Below, one piece after another: positions 10,335 through 22,199 of a stretch of DNA of 64,000 bases (its first letter is position 1; the number at the start of each line of letters is the position of its first letter). Where the stretch lies: NCBI GenBank assembly GCA_950097015.1, contig CATNEN010000034.1, forward strand, positions 5,642,001-5,706,000. Direction: 5' to 3'. The notes under the pieces were generated by a model. That model saw nothing but the letters and a program-made list of their open reading frames with translations. It was not told the origin of the DNA and searched no databases. The position numbers and the translations under genes were made by a program. Source of the stretch: Macrostomum hystrix (taxonomy: Eukaryota; Animalia; Platyhelminthes).

Positions 10335-13200
10335 CTGCTTGATATTCAAAGTCTCTTTATCAATGACCGAAGGAATTCATCCAAAGACAGACATGACAGA
10401 ATCCCGAAAGTCCTAATGAAGCGGAGTAGCATTCGGCTTTAATTAATACTCCGGTTTCTGAACCAACGAAGACGGCATGTAGTATCGCACCATCAAAATT
10501 TAATGCTGTGACGGCACCTCCAGATGTTATCAAAGGTGCACATGTCTATTCAATTCACGCTGTTCAAACTTTTCCCGCCAGAGTTTGATAGTATGTCTGA
10601 TTCTCCCTAATCATGAAGATCTATGCGAATAAATAAAACTGCACAGACGCGGTTGGCAGTTCGGAAAGGCATCGATTTCGCTGGCCAATGTCGCATAACG
10701 CCTGTTCGCGTTTAAAGCTTCTTTTGTTTATTATGACTTCTCGAAGCTGCCAGCTCGACAGCCGCGAGTATCTCGTCGCAATACGAGAGATTAAGGCTGA
10801 TGCATTCTCTTCTACTAGGATTATTTTGAATCAGACATTGAGCATAGGGAGCAGTTTCTTATGAAAGTCGAAATATGTGGTAAGATGGGTGGTTCCTATG
10901 CCCATTGGATTTTTTAGGGACGCAAGTGGTGATCTCTTTCGACACGTCATCACGCAGTGCTAAGAAATTTTTTGTCATCCTTCTGATCCCTTGTTTAGCA
11001 GGAAGCTGCTATTCCCAAGCTTACATCACGGCATATAGGCCTGCTAACGCTAATGCTAATAAATTTATATTCAGGTAGACAAGAAAACTCTGATAAGCTT
11101 CTGACACTAGCATAATGGTTTTCAATGACAGATGCTGTATGGCTGTGATGTGGTCATATGGACATTTCATGTGGCAACTCATGGTTCATTTTTATTGAAA
11201 AACAGAAAGATATAAATTTATAGAGAGAGATACTTAAATTCAATGTTTTGATTTGTCTTTTTTATAAGTCAAATTTAATTTTATTAATTAGATATTAACC
11301 ATGCGAAGTTAACTGTAAGCTTTTGTCCACGCAGCTTCAATGGAAAGGTCTGTAGGAAATTTTGGCACTTCCCCAGATTAAACACAGATCGAATAATGAA
11401 AAGACAACGGCCAAAATAAATGAACAACGACGAAAACTTTCACTATAGAGTTGAGCAATCGTCTTGATGCGGGGACACAGCCGGTATACTCGACTCACTG
11501 TACAGAGCCGAACACAGAAATCGTGAGATTTTGAGCTTACAATCGAACTTTCAAGTGCTGAGCGAATTTCGGTGTTAAAGCCTGAATTCAAATACAGAGA
11601 TCACTGAGACTCGGTGCGTCTCAGTACATTAGATTAGACCTAATCCTCAGCTCTTGCGCAGCGCATTCACATCCACCCAAAGTACAACTCCAGTTAATGC
11701 TGGTTAGTGCCGTCGAGGTAATGCGTACGAATTTCGCTACGGGATTCCTGAGCTCGAATCTGCGCGAGACGCCATTTTCATTTGGGGCGCGGAGTGCAAA
11801 GTCGAGGTAAATTTGCAAATGTGTGAGCGTGTGCCTGCTGGCGGTATCTGTGTGCCAGGGTATTTTCACGCTAGCTGCGGCTACACTGTCACCAAATGAT
11901 GTCACAGCCTTCATGCAAAAATGATCATTATTATTGTTTCGATGCAGGCAAAGCATCGTATAAAATTACATTAAGAAACGATCGTTCTCATAAATCTCAA
12001 AAAATCTCACTATACAGAAAAAGACCAAATGTTTTTTATTCCCACATTTTTCTTCTATATCTCCCAAAATAGTCAACCGATCGCAATGAAAATACATAAC
12101 TCGAGCAAAAATTTTACAATTTCCAGATTTTCCTCTATCCAACTTCCACAATCACAAAACATCGTCATCGTCGAGATTTCCAACAGTAAACGTAAGCGTA
12201 CACGCAAAAGCCACCAATAGAGGCACCATTTTTTAATTTACAAACAATGTCACCAGTCGCAGGGACCTTTGTTCAAAGCACCAGGATCCCATCATGTCTA
12301 CTGACTGAAGACTGCACGCAAAATAAGATTATTCAATTTCAGCTTTGGGAATGCAGCCGTCTTTGACATGCTGATCGGGTGCTTCTATTAATGGTCCCCA
12401 CGGTCGCCGCCAGTACTCCAGACGGCGGCGATGAAGAGGACTCTGGTGCCTGGGACGCTAAAAATGAAGGGCCCTACGACAGGTGAAATTAAATTATTGA
12501 ACCAATATGGATTCGCCAAACTGCAGAGCTGTCACCAGGGTCATTGCCAAGAATCACTGATATGTATCTTAACAATGCTGACGCCGGATGGCTTTGAAAT
12601 TTAGTTCATTGTGAAGGGCAGAAAGTGTTGATGCAAATGGTGGACTTTCACGAAAATCTGTGATTCGGTTTGGAATCAAACGTGATTACTTGAAATGCCC
12701 CCTGCCTTCTTTGCCCAGGGTGGAAAATTGCGTGGTCTACTGTTAATGGTTTGGAAAACGAATATTCAAAGTCGAAGGAATGTTTTTGTTCTCAGTCTAG
12801 CAATACAAAATATTAATAATCACTCTAATCAATAATAAATCAAACAATTAATTTGTATCTAGGCAACGCATCTGCAAAAAATTCACGACATGAGCTAACT
12901 TGAAGAGCGCTTCGAATTGTATTTTCATGAGTTTATCTTATCGCGATTGGCCTGTCCAAAAAAAATCATGCCAGGTGATCGTAGTACAAACCCGAAAAAC
13001 CATGCTCCGTTTAGTTGCCATGGAGTCAAGCTTGGAATGCATTCTAATCAGCTTTTTCTGGGCATTAGAAGACATTATCTCGTATTGGCTTCGGTTCGCT
13101 ATGCTAGGCAGAGCTAGTCGAAGCCATCTTATCTATGTCCAAAAAATAGAGGGCACTTTATGAGGCCTAGGTTTTGGTTGCTGTGCTGAAAGCGAACTAA

Positions 13201-13207
13201 TATAAAA
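13201..13207 (+). promoter_or_regulatory. TATA box of the CUB/C-type lectin gene
   Basis: TATAAAA lies 76 bp upstream of the ATG at 13277. Confidence 0.4.
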
Positions 13208-13276
13208 GCCATCGATTCTGCACACGAAAATCAAGCCTCTAAAATCTGGAATGAAAAGCCTTTTCCTGAGACAAAA

Positions 13277-14229
13277 ATGGCCGTCCCAATCGTTCAACTG
13301 TTAGCTGCTCTACTGATTGTTGTCGTCGTCACCGCCAACGCTCAGCAAATCGTGTACTGTCCTTTCAGTGGGGGAATACGGTTAACTGGAACCCTTTCAG
13401 CACACCTAACCTTCAGGTTATTACACGTGTTCAAGGTTCTTATAGCTACCAGCCAAACGTGAACTGCTTCATCTCAATCCAGGCCACTGAACGAGGTCGC
13501 ATAATCGTTCAGGTTTTGGACACCAACTTGTTCGCCTTTTCCGCCTCCATCAGCATTCGCACTGACGCAATCGGTGGCTACCTGTCGAGCTGGGATTCGA
13601 TCACTTACAGCAGGGACAAGAATCAGAACTTCATCAGCAATACTAACAGGCTGTACATCAGCTTCCGCACCAGCAGTTCCCCGGTTGGAATATCATCTGG
13701 GGTTCATCTGTCATTGACCTTCCTGCCCGCCAATGGCTGCCCTTCAGGCTGGTTTCCGATGTTGCTAGACGGCTACTCGCAGTGCGTCGGTTTGCCAACT
13801 TTCTCAGTGTTCGACTTTGGCCCAGCCCAGCGCTATTGCAACCTGCAGAAATCCAACCTGCTCGTCTCCGAGCGCGACAACATTGCCAGCGTCCTCCAGC
13901 GTGTCGGAGCCCCCAATGTCTGGATCGGCATGACGGCCGAGCCCAGTGGATCTTACACCTCCTACCGGTGGATTAACAATATCCGAGTGAGTGCTAACCA
14001 GTCCGTAAGCTGCACGAGTCCCTGCTTTCCCGGCAGCAGAAATCACCGATGCGTGTACGCCTCTCAGCAACGTACTCTAGTGCAGGCCGACTGCAATACG
14101 CGGTTGCAGCCTCTCTGCTACATGCCTGTGGGTGGCACGGACTCCTTCTACAGCGGCTCGTCGGCCCTTCGAGCCAGTGGCGTCTTGCTAACAGGGGCGG
14201 TGCTTCTCATCCTGAGCCTCCTGCGCTAA
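13277..14229 (+). CDS. Intronless CUB + C-type lectin domain protein with signal peptide and GPI-anchor-like tail (~317 aa); 1-bp frameshift at the G5 run 13370-13374
   Basis: Signal peptide MAVPIVQLLAALLIVVVVTANA. Adding one G joins ORF 13277 to ORF 13459. CUB-like YSYQPNVNCFISI ... FISNTNRLYISFRT ... G; CTLD CPSGW, AQRYC, VWIGM, YRW, HRCVY, DCNTRLQPLC. Small-residue omega region (SGSSA) followed by a hydrophobic C-terminus. Confidence 0.85.
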
Positions 14230-16049
14230 GAACTCCCATTGGACGATTCATGGCTACTCATTTAGCAGCTCATTGATTCCGTTCAGTTAATCTTCGTTCT
14301 CATTTTCTCATTCTTCAATTTCTTTGGAGTGATGACATTACATCTATCCTTGATTTTTATGAAAAATGAAAGTTACAATAGGCTCTCCTTAAAAATCATT
14401 CCTAACCCATGAATACAAACAGTTTTCTTCGATTCCTGAATCCAATGTTTCCATCATGACAGCTCATTAGCAGTAAAAACCTAATACATTTTAATAATGG
14501 ACAATTCGTGGCTTGATTTTTAAGGCCATTGATAATTTCAAAAGATAAAGACATGCATTACTTGGCCTGTTTCGGCATACTAACCCATTGTGAAAATGAC
14601 ACACCATACGTATTATCTCGCTCGGTTGTTTAAGCTATCTATGCACAGGCCAGCAACACAGCTCCCTTTATCGATACTCAAGTGGAATTCGCGATTAATC
14701 ATAAGCATGCAGGTCACTTCATTTAGACTGCCGAATTCAAATCGCGCCATTCTAAGAATTATCTTATCACGTGATTTTACGTGAATAGTGGGCGGTTCAG
14801 ATTTGAGGCAACGTACCAATTAGGAGCATTGTGCCTTTTTTAAAATATTTTTGGCAGAAAACAAACATAACCGTTATGCTGACTTATGCACCCCTCAATC
14901 TAGACCATTGGACCCGCGAGTTAGTAAAGCAAGTGCGAAAGCATTTTCATAGCAACTTATTGCATGTCCATTACATATACTTATTTTTGAATTATCAACA
15001 GCAGACGTGTCAAAATGCTATTTAGAAGTCAAAATACGGAAATTAACAAACCGCATCCCTCTGAACTTCTTCCCAAGTTAATTCTGTACTTTATCTCTCA
15101 GCACGAGAAGTAGAGCGAAGATAAATTATATTTCTCATCTCCAGATTACCACAAGCAAACGTATATTTTAATTAGGACCAACACATTCACAGCCTCCACT
15201 TTCACCTTCACCAGCTCGCTTTTTTAATTTAAAACATTTTTCATAAGCCTAGTTTCAGAACTACAGTTCTTAACCTTAATTGAACTTGCCAATTCAGTTA
15301 AGTGTTTATTCTGTGAGAAGAGATGGGGTCAATGAGTGCAATAAATTCCAAGCCAGCTAAATTGCTTTCTAATTGTTAGCCGAGACAAGCCAAGGCGAGA
15401 GTTTGCGATGTGTCGAAAACCACTTGAGAAAAGCTAGGCGAAAGCGATGCGATAGTCAATATATTGTGGCTCAATAACATGCACACTGGAGTTGAGCAGC
15501 CCCAACCCCAGGACTAAAACCAGCCATGTACATGCAAGATAAGATAAGCAATATAACAATAGAACGCGCACAGCAGGACTGAGAGCGATAACACGTACTT
15601 AGCCAGCAAATCATAACGCAACGTACAGTGAAGCCCGCCAAGTCCAGAGTCACGCAGAGTGAATACAGCCTAACACCAATAATTTTCGAATAAAATTGGT
15701 TTGTGCGTTTCCTTGCAGCATACGCTATGCTGAGAAAATATGACATAAACCTTGATATACTACTCACCAACAACCCTCTCCTCAGCAGCTAAATCATCAC
15801 TAAAATGCCATTGCTTTGTTCGCAGTGCCGGAGACCCAGATATTTTACATGGAACAACAGCAAAAAAATCTGCAAAACATGATCTGGATAAAACTCAATA
15901 ACACCTGCCTAAAACCGTGACTTCTAAAACCTTTAACTCGTTTTAAACCTTAAGTTCTAGAAAACTCCGGCCCACCAGCCAGATTCGGCCCACCAGCCAG
16001 ATTCGGCCCGCAAAGCTCCCGATTCATGCAATTGTAGCGCTCTAGCCTT

Positions 16050-16345
16050 TCCAACACCTCTCTATCTTTCTTATCTCTCCCTGCAGCTGTCTCATATCTA
16101 CTTTTTTTCATCTATCCAGTCTAAAATTTCTCGCCTTTCACAACTCTCCTTTTCTCAACTCTCCCTGTCTCATCTCTCTCCTGTCTCATCTCCCCTGTCT
16201 CATCTCTCCCTGCCTTATCTCTCATTTGTCTCCTCTTTTCCGGTCATATCTCTTCCTGTATCATCTCCCCCCTGCCTCATTTCTCCCCTTTATTATCTCT
16301 TCCCTATCTCATCTCTCATCTTTCTCCTCTCTCCCCTGTCTATCC
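16050..16345. repeat. Pyrimidine-rich TGTCTCATCTC-family degenerate repeat
   Basis: Recurrent CTGTCTCATCTC(T)CCC motif; the same family occurs at 35815-36300, ~50005-50105 and ~62485-62550. Confidence 0.7.
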
Positions 16346-18203
16346 AAATCTACTACAGTCATTTGTTGGACCGGCCACTATTGTTTGCACGCGAGGCATA
16401 ATTTTCCGATCTGCTATACAGGTCGCTCAATACTGTATTGAGCGAAAGAGCATATAACTCCCGAACTTAATATTTGGAATTTTGTTTTATTCTTGCGATT
16501 CGGTGGGGAATGGTCCTGTGGTCCTGATAGAAAGCTCTAAAATATAGCGACCTATAATATTCGTGGCAACATGTGATAGCATCTCGATGCAGAAGAACAC
16601 AACTTGTTTTCCGGGTATAGCATGTGTATTTTTATATACTCTTTTAACCTCTGCTTTTAAACCCTAGCCCAGTAGCCCAGCGAAGTAAACTATACGTCGT
16701 GTATTTAGTACGTTCTGTGCGTTTTACTGTACAAATTCGCACACGTGAAAAGTTTATTCACGCAAAATGGAAACCGCTTAAAAGGTAATACTTTAGCTTG
16801 AGATACAAATCCTTTTTTTCCGCTGGGTGGTGTTGATTAGATGCAATAATGATGCTCTTAGCTTGTATTTTTGTTTTAGCCCTGCTGTTTATAAAATATT
16901 TGAATTGTATCGTTCTTCCATCCGAAATTGTTTATCTATTAAAACTATCGAGGCAGGCTCAGACTGTCAGTTTTAGTAAGCGTGCATTTAGCTGTCCCGC
17001 TATTAGACAACATGATGTCTTAGCATTTCTTTTATCTTTTATATTGGTCTCTTTAACTTTGGTTCGCTAGTCTCAGTGAGATTTTGTTCTAAAAATGATG
17101 ACTTTATAATGTGGTGATTTTCGACTATTATTGATTATTAGATGGCCCATATTGGCCATACATAAACCTATGTCCATTATTTCAGTTGCTTGGCTGGCAC
17201 ATTAAAACTGAGAAGCTTGTTTTGCGCCTTTACTTTTTTAGTCAGACACTCATTCTGTCATTTGCAGCAATTGCTCTTATAGTTCTAGTTGTAGTTAATG
17301 GTGTCAAAAATCTTAAGCAAAGCAAACATTTTTTACATTTATTCTTCTTTAACTCTAATCAATTATTAATATTATTATCATCATAAAGTGCTAAAAGTCA
17401 ATGCTCAAAAGGCACAGTTATGCATGATTTATAATAGTAGATTGCTAACACAATTTTACAAAAGGGACCAGCACCACAGAAGATTATGTAATGTCTCGAT
17501 AGGTTTATATATATTTAATGCTACTGAGCTACTGAGGTAGTGTTTTTTAGTCTAGACTAGATTATGTGGGCCATATAGCAGAAGAAATTTGACATAAGAC
17601 CTGCTTTCTTCATTTTATGCCAATCAGAAAAGCATGCCATGAATTTAGAAAAAAATTGCTGTGTTTTGTGTTTAGCATAGTATTACATTTTGAATTAGAA
17701 AACCCAAAAAGCATTAAAACTGCTATGCTTTAGATTTTTTAATAAAAACATTTATGAGCAGTATCAAAGCGCAAAAATTAAACAATGAATAAAATATGTA
17801 AGAAACTGTTATAAACAACAAAAAGTTATGTAAAGTTTGTAAATTTACTTTACTGTACTACATCATTGCATAGGTTGTAACCAAATTTGTGCTAATAAAT
17901 GACTTGTTTTGTACTTCATCCAAACTTTTCCAAACATTTAATTTATGCAAGAATAGGCCTAGGCTTATGCACTACTTTTTTGTTTTGAATTTTAATGCAA
18001 ATTGTGTCAACATTATTTCATAATCTACATTTTGTGCTGGATATTTCTGGTATAAACTATATGATATGGACTATAGGTAGTGTTACTAGTTAACTGTAAA
18101 TTAAAGAATTTTGCATACTAAATTATCTTTCTTGTTTCTTTCAGTCCAACAGCTCTTTTGCCAAATATATACTCTAAGCAACTAGCTTTTTATATATTTT
18201 AAT

Positions 18204-18931
18204 GGCAGTGATTATCCCCACGGTACTGTAGAAATAATTTTTGTCTTATTCCTACGGTACCATGGGAATAATTTCCTGCTTATCCGCACTGCACACTGAC
18301 GAGATAGCTGTCCTATCTTCAACATATTCCGTGGGAATAATTTCCTGCTTATCCGCACGGCACACTGACGAGATAGCTGTCCTATCTTCAACATATTCCG
18401 TGGGAATAATTTCCTGCTTATCTGCACGGCACACTGACGAGATAGCTGTCCTATCATCTATCTTTTTATCATGACTGCAATTTTCCTTTTTTCTTCCGGT
18501 TTTTTAAAGCAAGTAAAGAAATTAAAGTTTTCTGTTTTTTTCGCAATTAGTTAACCAATATGGTGGCTTTTTTAAGTATATAAAATATATATTTCTATTA
18601 TTTATATATTTAAAAGAATACAACTGAAGTGTGTATTTTTCTAATCTTATAGCTCAAGCCTTCTAAGTCTATAATCCAGTCTATTACTTTACACATCTCT
18701 GGAGTCTGGAGCTACGAATCCTACGCACTCTACGTTTGAAACTATTCCCATATGAAATATTCCCGTTTGAAACTATAATATATTTCGTGGGAAATTATTC
18801 CCACAGAATATGTTGAAGATAGGACAGCTATCTCGTCAGTGTGCCGTGTGGATAAGCAGGAAATTATTCCCATGGTACTGTAGGAATAAGACAAAAATTA
18901 TTTCTACGGTACCGTGGGGATAAGTACTGCC
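18204..18931. mobile_element. Non-autonomous Mutator-like (MULE)/foldback element, 728 bp, long TIRs, 9-bp TSD
   Basis: Termini GGCAGT...ACTGCC, TIRs of ~140 bp (18204-~18345 versus ~18790-18931) and a perfect direct repeat TATTTTAAT at 18195-18203 and 18932-18940. A 69-bp unit is present ~3 times on the left arm and about once on the right. Confidence 0.9.
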
Positions 18932-19650
18932 TATTTTAATATCATGCTTGTTAATTGTTACAATAAAGAATAAACTCCTTGAAGAAAATTGTATTGGGGC
19001 CTTAGATTAAATGCTTTTCTGTCCTGTCTGCATACTTTGCCAGTTGCCACTCCTGACTGACTTTAGTCAATAAGAAGCATGTTTTATTTAGTGAAAGCTA
19101 GTTGAGTTACCTACTGAAATAATTGTATCAAATGTATATTGGATTGTAATTGAACATTAGGGTACATTTAGATTATATAGCAAAAGAACATAGTAAAGCT
19201 CTTGTTGTATAACTAATTGATTATATGTAATAAGTAAGAACAAATTTTTTATAAGCTTATTCAATAGGCCAGTATTTATTATGCAACTAACTAAATTTCA
19301 CTAGTTCGGTTTAGACAAACTCTTCTTTAAATAAATCAAGTTTTGCTAACACAATGAGTGTCGAAAGTTCTACTTTGTGTAGGGGTCCTTTTGATATAAG
19401 TATTGAAAAACCTTTTGCTAGTTCTTTGTCTTCAAATTTAGTTTTTTAGTTGCCCAAGACTTACTACTCATCAAAAACGTGTTGAGCCTATTTTTACTAG
19501 GCTTTCTAATACATTTTACAGGATATGTTTAAATGGCGCATATAGAATATATGGATTGTTTCTTTAGCCTAATTCACTTAATAGTATAAACTACCAATAG
19601 ATTATTAAAATTAAGTTAAAATGTTGTCACTCAATTTACTTTGCAGCTCC

Positions 19651-19998
19651 ATGCCGCCCAAGGATAAGAAGGCCGACCCAAAGAAGGCGGCTCCGGCCAA
19701 GAAGAAGGACACCGGGTCCAGTGGCGGCAAGGCCAAGAAGAAGAAGTGGTCGAAGGGCAAAGTGCGCGACAAGCTCAACAACATGTGCCTGTTTGACAAG
19801 CCCACCTATGAGAAGCTCTACAAGGAGGTGCCCAGCTACAAGCTGATTACGCCGTCAGTTGTTAGCGAACGTTTGAAGGTTCGCGTCAGCCTGGCCCGCG
19901 CTGCACTGCTGGAGCTGGAGCACAAGGGCCTCATCAAGGCTGTATCTAAGCACCACTCCCAGTTCATCTATACCAAGACCACCAAGGCCGAGGCTTGA
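19651..19998 (+). CDS. RPS25: 40S ribosomal protein S25 (115 aa, single coding exon)
   Basis: MPPK...[20 protein letters not shown]...[25 protein letters not shown]...[15 protein letters not shown]. Splice acceptor TTTGCAG at 19640-19646 just before the ATG; AATAAA at 20089-20094. Confidence 0.98.
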   Translation: MPPKDKKADPKKAAPAKKKDTGSSGGKAKKKKWSKGKVRDKLNNMCLFDKPTYEKLYKEVPSYKLITPSVVSERLKVRVSLARAALLELEHKGLIKAVSKHHSQFIYTKTTKAEA

Positions 19999-20339
19999 GC
20001 GTCTGAGTCTCTTGATTTCAGAACTGGAACACCAGAATGGGATGCTTGTTTATGTAGCTCTTCTTTTGATTCGCGGATGCGACTGCTAAATAAAAAATGC
20101 ATTGCGCATACTGTGAACTGTTGGTTGGATAAACTATTTGACGTTTTGTCTGCTTCACTTTCTCGTTTACTCTCAAAAGAATTAATTGAACTTTAATAGC
20201 TTGAGAGTTTGTAGCTAGGTAGTTGTGTTATGTCTACTATTTGCTATTATTATTAGCTAATTGTACTAAACCATACCCATTTTAGCTTGGTCCGGCATTA
20301 TCCATTCTTTCCCAACCAATACACAAATCAAAAGAAAGA

Positions 20340-20597
20340 ATGCATTCTCTATTTGCCATCGTCTGCGTCGCCATCGCCGTCAGCCTGCTGCCGAGCGGCG
20401 TCAACAGCGTCACTCTGAAGGAGGCTAATAATGATCCGGCACGCTACATCCTGTACGACACTGCCCAGTTCAACATTGGCATGCACTGCGGCATCTCACT
20501 GGTCATCTGCTATGCCATCCTGTGCGCCATCTGGCTCACCGTCATGGGCGTCATCTATGCCACCGGCGGCAAGAAGATGCGCCGACAGGCCAGCTAA
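20340..20597 (+). CDS. 85-aa small membrane protein (signal peptide, short ectodomain, TM, basic tail), family unknown
   Basis: ATG-to-TAA ORF with strong C/G third-position bias like neighbouring RPS25 in AT-rich surroundings, a hydrophobic N-terminus, a second hydrophobic segment and a KKMRRQ tail. Confidence 0.7.
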   Translation: MHSLFAIVCVAIAVSLLPSGVNSVTLKEANNDPARYILYDTAQFNIGMHCGISLVICYAILCAIWLTVMGVIYATGGKKMRRQAS

Positions 20598-21818
20598 ATT
20601 ATGGTGTGTGTCCACCAGACTTGACCAGTCTAGATTAACAAAACTTCAACTTTTCAAACTATTGTCAGTTGTTTAGTTTTGCTTCAGTTAGATTTGGGCC
20701 TTCTAAATTATTGTTTCCCATGACTTCCTATGCTTCACCAGGCAGGATTGTCTAATCTTTACTTTTATAGATCTGTTTCTTTATCGCTTTTCTATTGACC
20801 AATAGTTTTTGTCACCTTGTTTTGTGTGTGTGTGCAGTGTCTCATTGTGTGCAATTTTCGAAGAGAGGTTCTGTACAGTTACTTGCACCGTCACCACCTG
20901 TTTGTTAATTAAATTGAAAGCTATTTTATAATCAAATTTCCATAATTGCTTCAATTTTCTGTTGAACACCAATTAGCTTTGGTTTCTACCGCAATAGCAG
21001 CGTGTCTGCAATGCTATTTTATTGTCTGCTAATTTTTTATTAGCGAGTCGCAAATCAATGTGCAATACATTATACTAATTAGTAGTTATTGGTTTTATCT
21101 GGCCTTTCTGATTTTATAGTCGCAATTCACTACTGCCGCTTGATATTGATTGAGTAGTCATCATCTTACATCTATTTCATTTTATTCTTCTATACGCACC
21201 CTTCTGTTATACGAATTCTAAAAATAGCTAATTATACACCTTTAGTCTGGTCGCGAGTGCTATTTATCTTTGCTTTAGTCGTGAGCACCAGCACTGTTAA
21301 ATAGCCGTTGTTATTCTTATCTGAGTGCGCACCATTCCCCCTGCCATATGGCAGTCTCTCTGGCTAGCTTAATCATCTAAAGCGGTAATCCAGCAAGTCT
21401 ATTTAGACTTTGCGCTTTGTTTTGTTGTTTTTGATCTTATTGATAGCCGGATAATCCAAGCATTGTAGTTGTCCCATTTTCTGTTGCTGGCAATATAGTC
21501 GAAAATATAGTTATACTTCACGTAGTCAATCGCCCAATTAGCTTTTGGGCAGACTTTCACTTAGATAAGTGCTAACTAGTAATTGTGTTCCTGTCTCCTT
21601 TATTTTAATGGATTAAAAGTTAAAAGTTGTGCATTATTGTGCATAGGATACAATCGAAAAATTATTCATCGTATAGCTTCTATTTCCCAGTCTTCATAGT
21701 ACCTTCCACTTATATTTATCAATCTTAGGGAATATCTTACCCCTATACTTCCAGTCAATCAACAGTTGTGCTAATACCCCTTGTCCTAATTAAAATGGAC
21801 CATTAGGTCTGTTTTACA

Positions 21819-22050
21819 CCTATTAACCATCAGGTGTATTTTATACCACCTCCTATTAACCATCAGGTGTATTTTATACCACCTCCTATTAACCATCAGG
21901 TGTATTTTATACCACCTCCTATTAACCATCAGGTGTATTTTATACCACCTCCTATTAACCATCAGGTGTATTTTATACCACCTCCTATTAACCATCAGGT
22001 GTATTTTATACCACCTCCTATTAACCATCAGGTGTATTTTATAGCACCTA
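21819..22050. repeat. 33-bp minisatellite, ~7 copies
   Basis: Unit CCTATTAACCATCAGGTGTATTTTATACCACCT. Confidence 0.95.
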
Positions 22051-22199
22051 TTTATTATTAGGTGTATTTTAAACCACTTATTAATCATTAGGTTTATTTT
22101 ACCCCTCTTTTCGATCATAAAGTGTGTTTTAGTCGGTCAGTAGGTGTACCTTTTTCACCTGTGCATACAAGGATGCTAAAATACCATTTGGGGTACTCA

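Noticed and set aside
12343-12482. Exon-like segment (TTTCAG| ... AG|GTGAAA) encoding VLLLMVPTVAASTPDGGDEEDSGAW, or a third prohormone exon
   Set aside because: The attractive frame has an upstream stop, its phase does not join the prohormone's possible phase-1 donor, and the other frames stop quickly.
16810-16830. TCT/5'TOP-like initiator (TCCTTTTTTTCCGC) as the RPS25 TSS ~2.8 kb upstream
   Set aside because: No convincing donor site follows it, and pyrimidine runs are common here.
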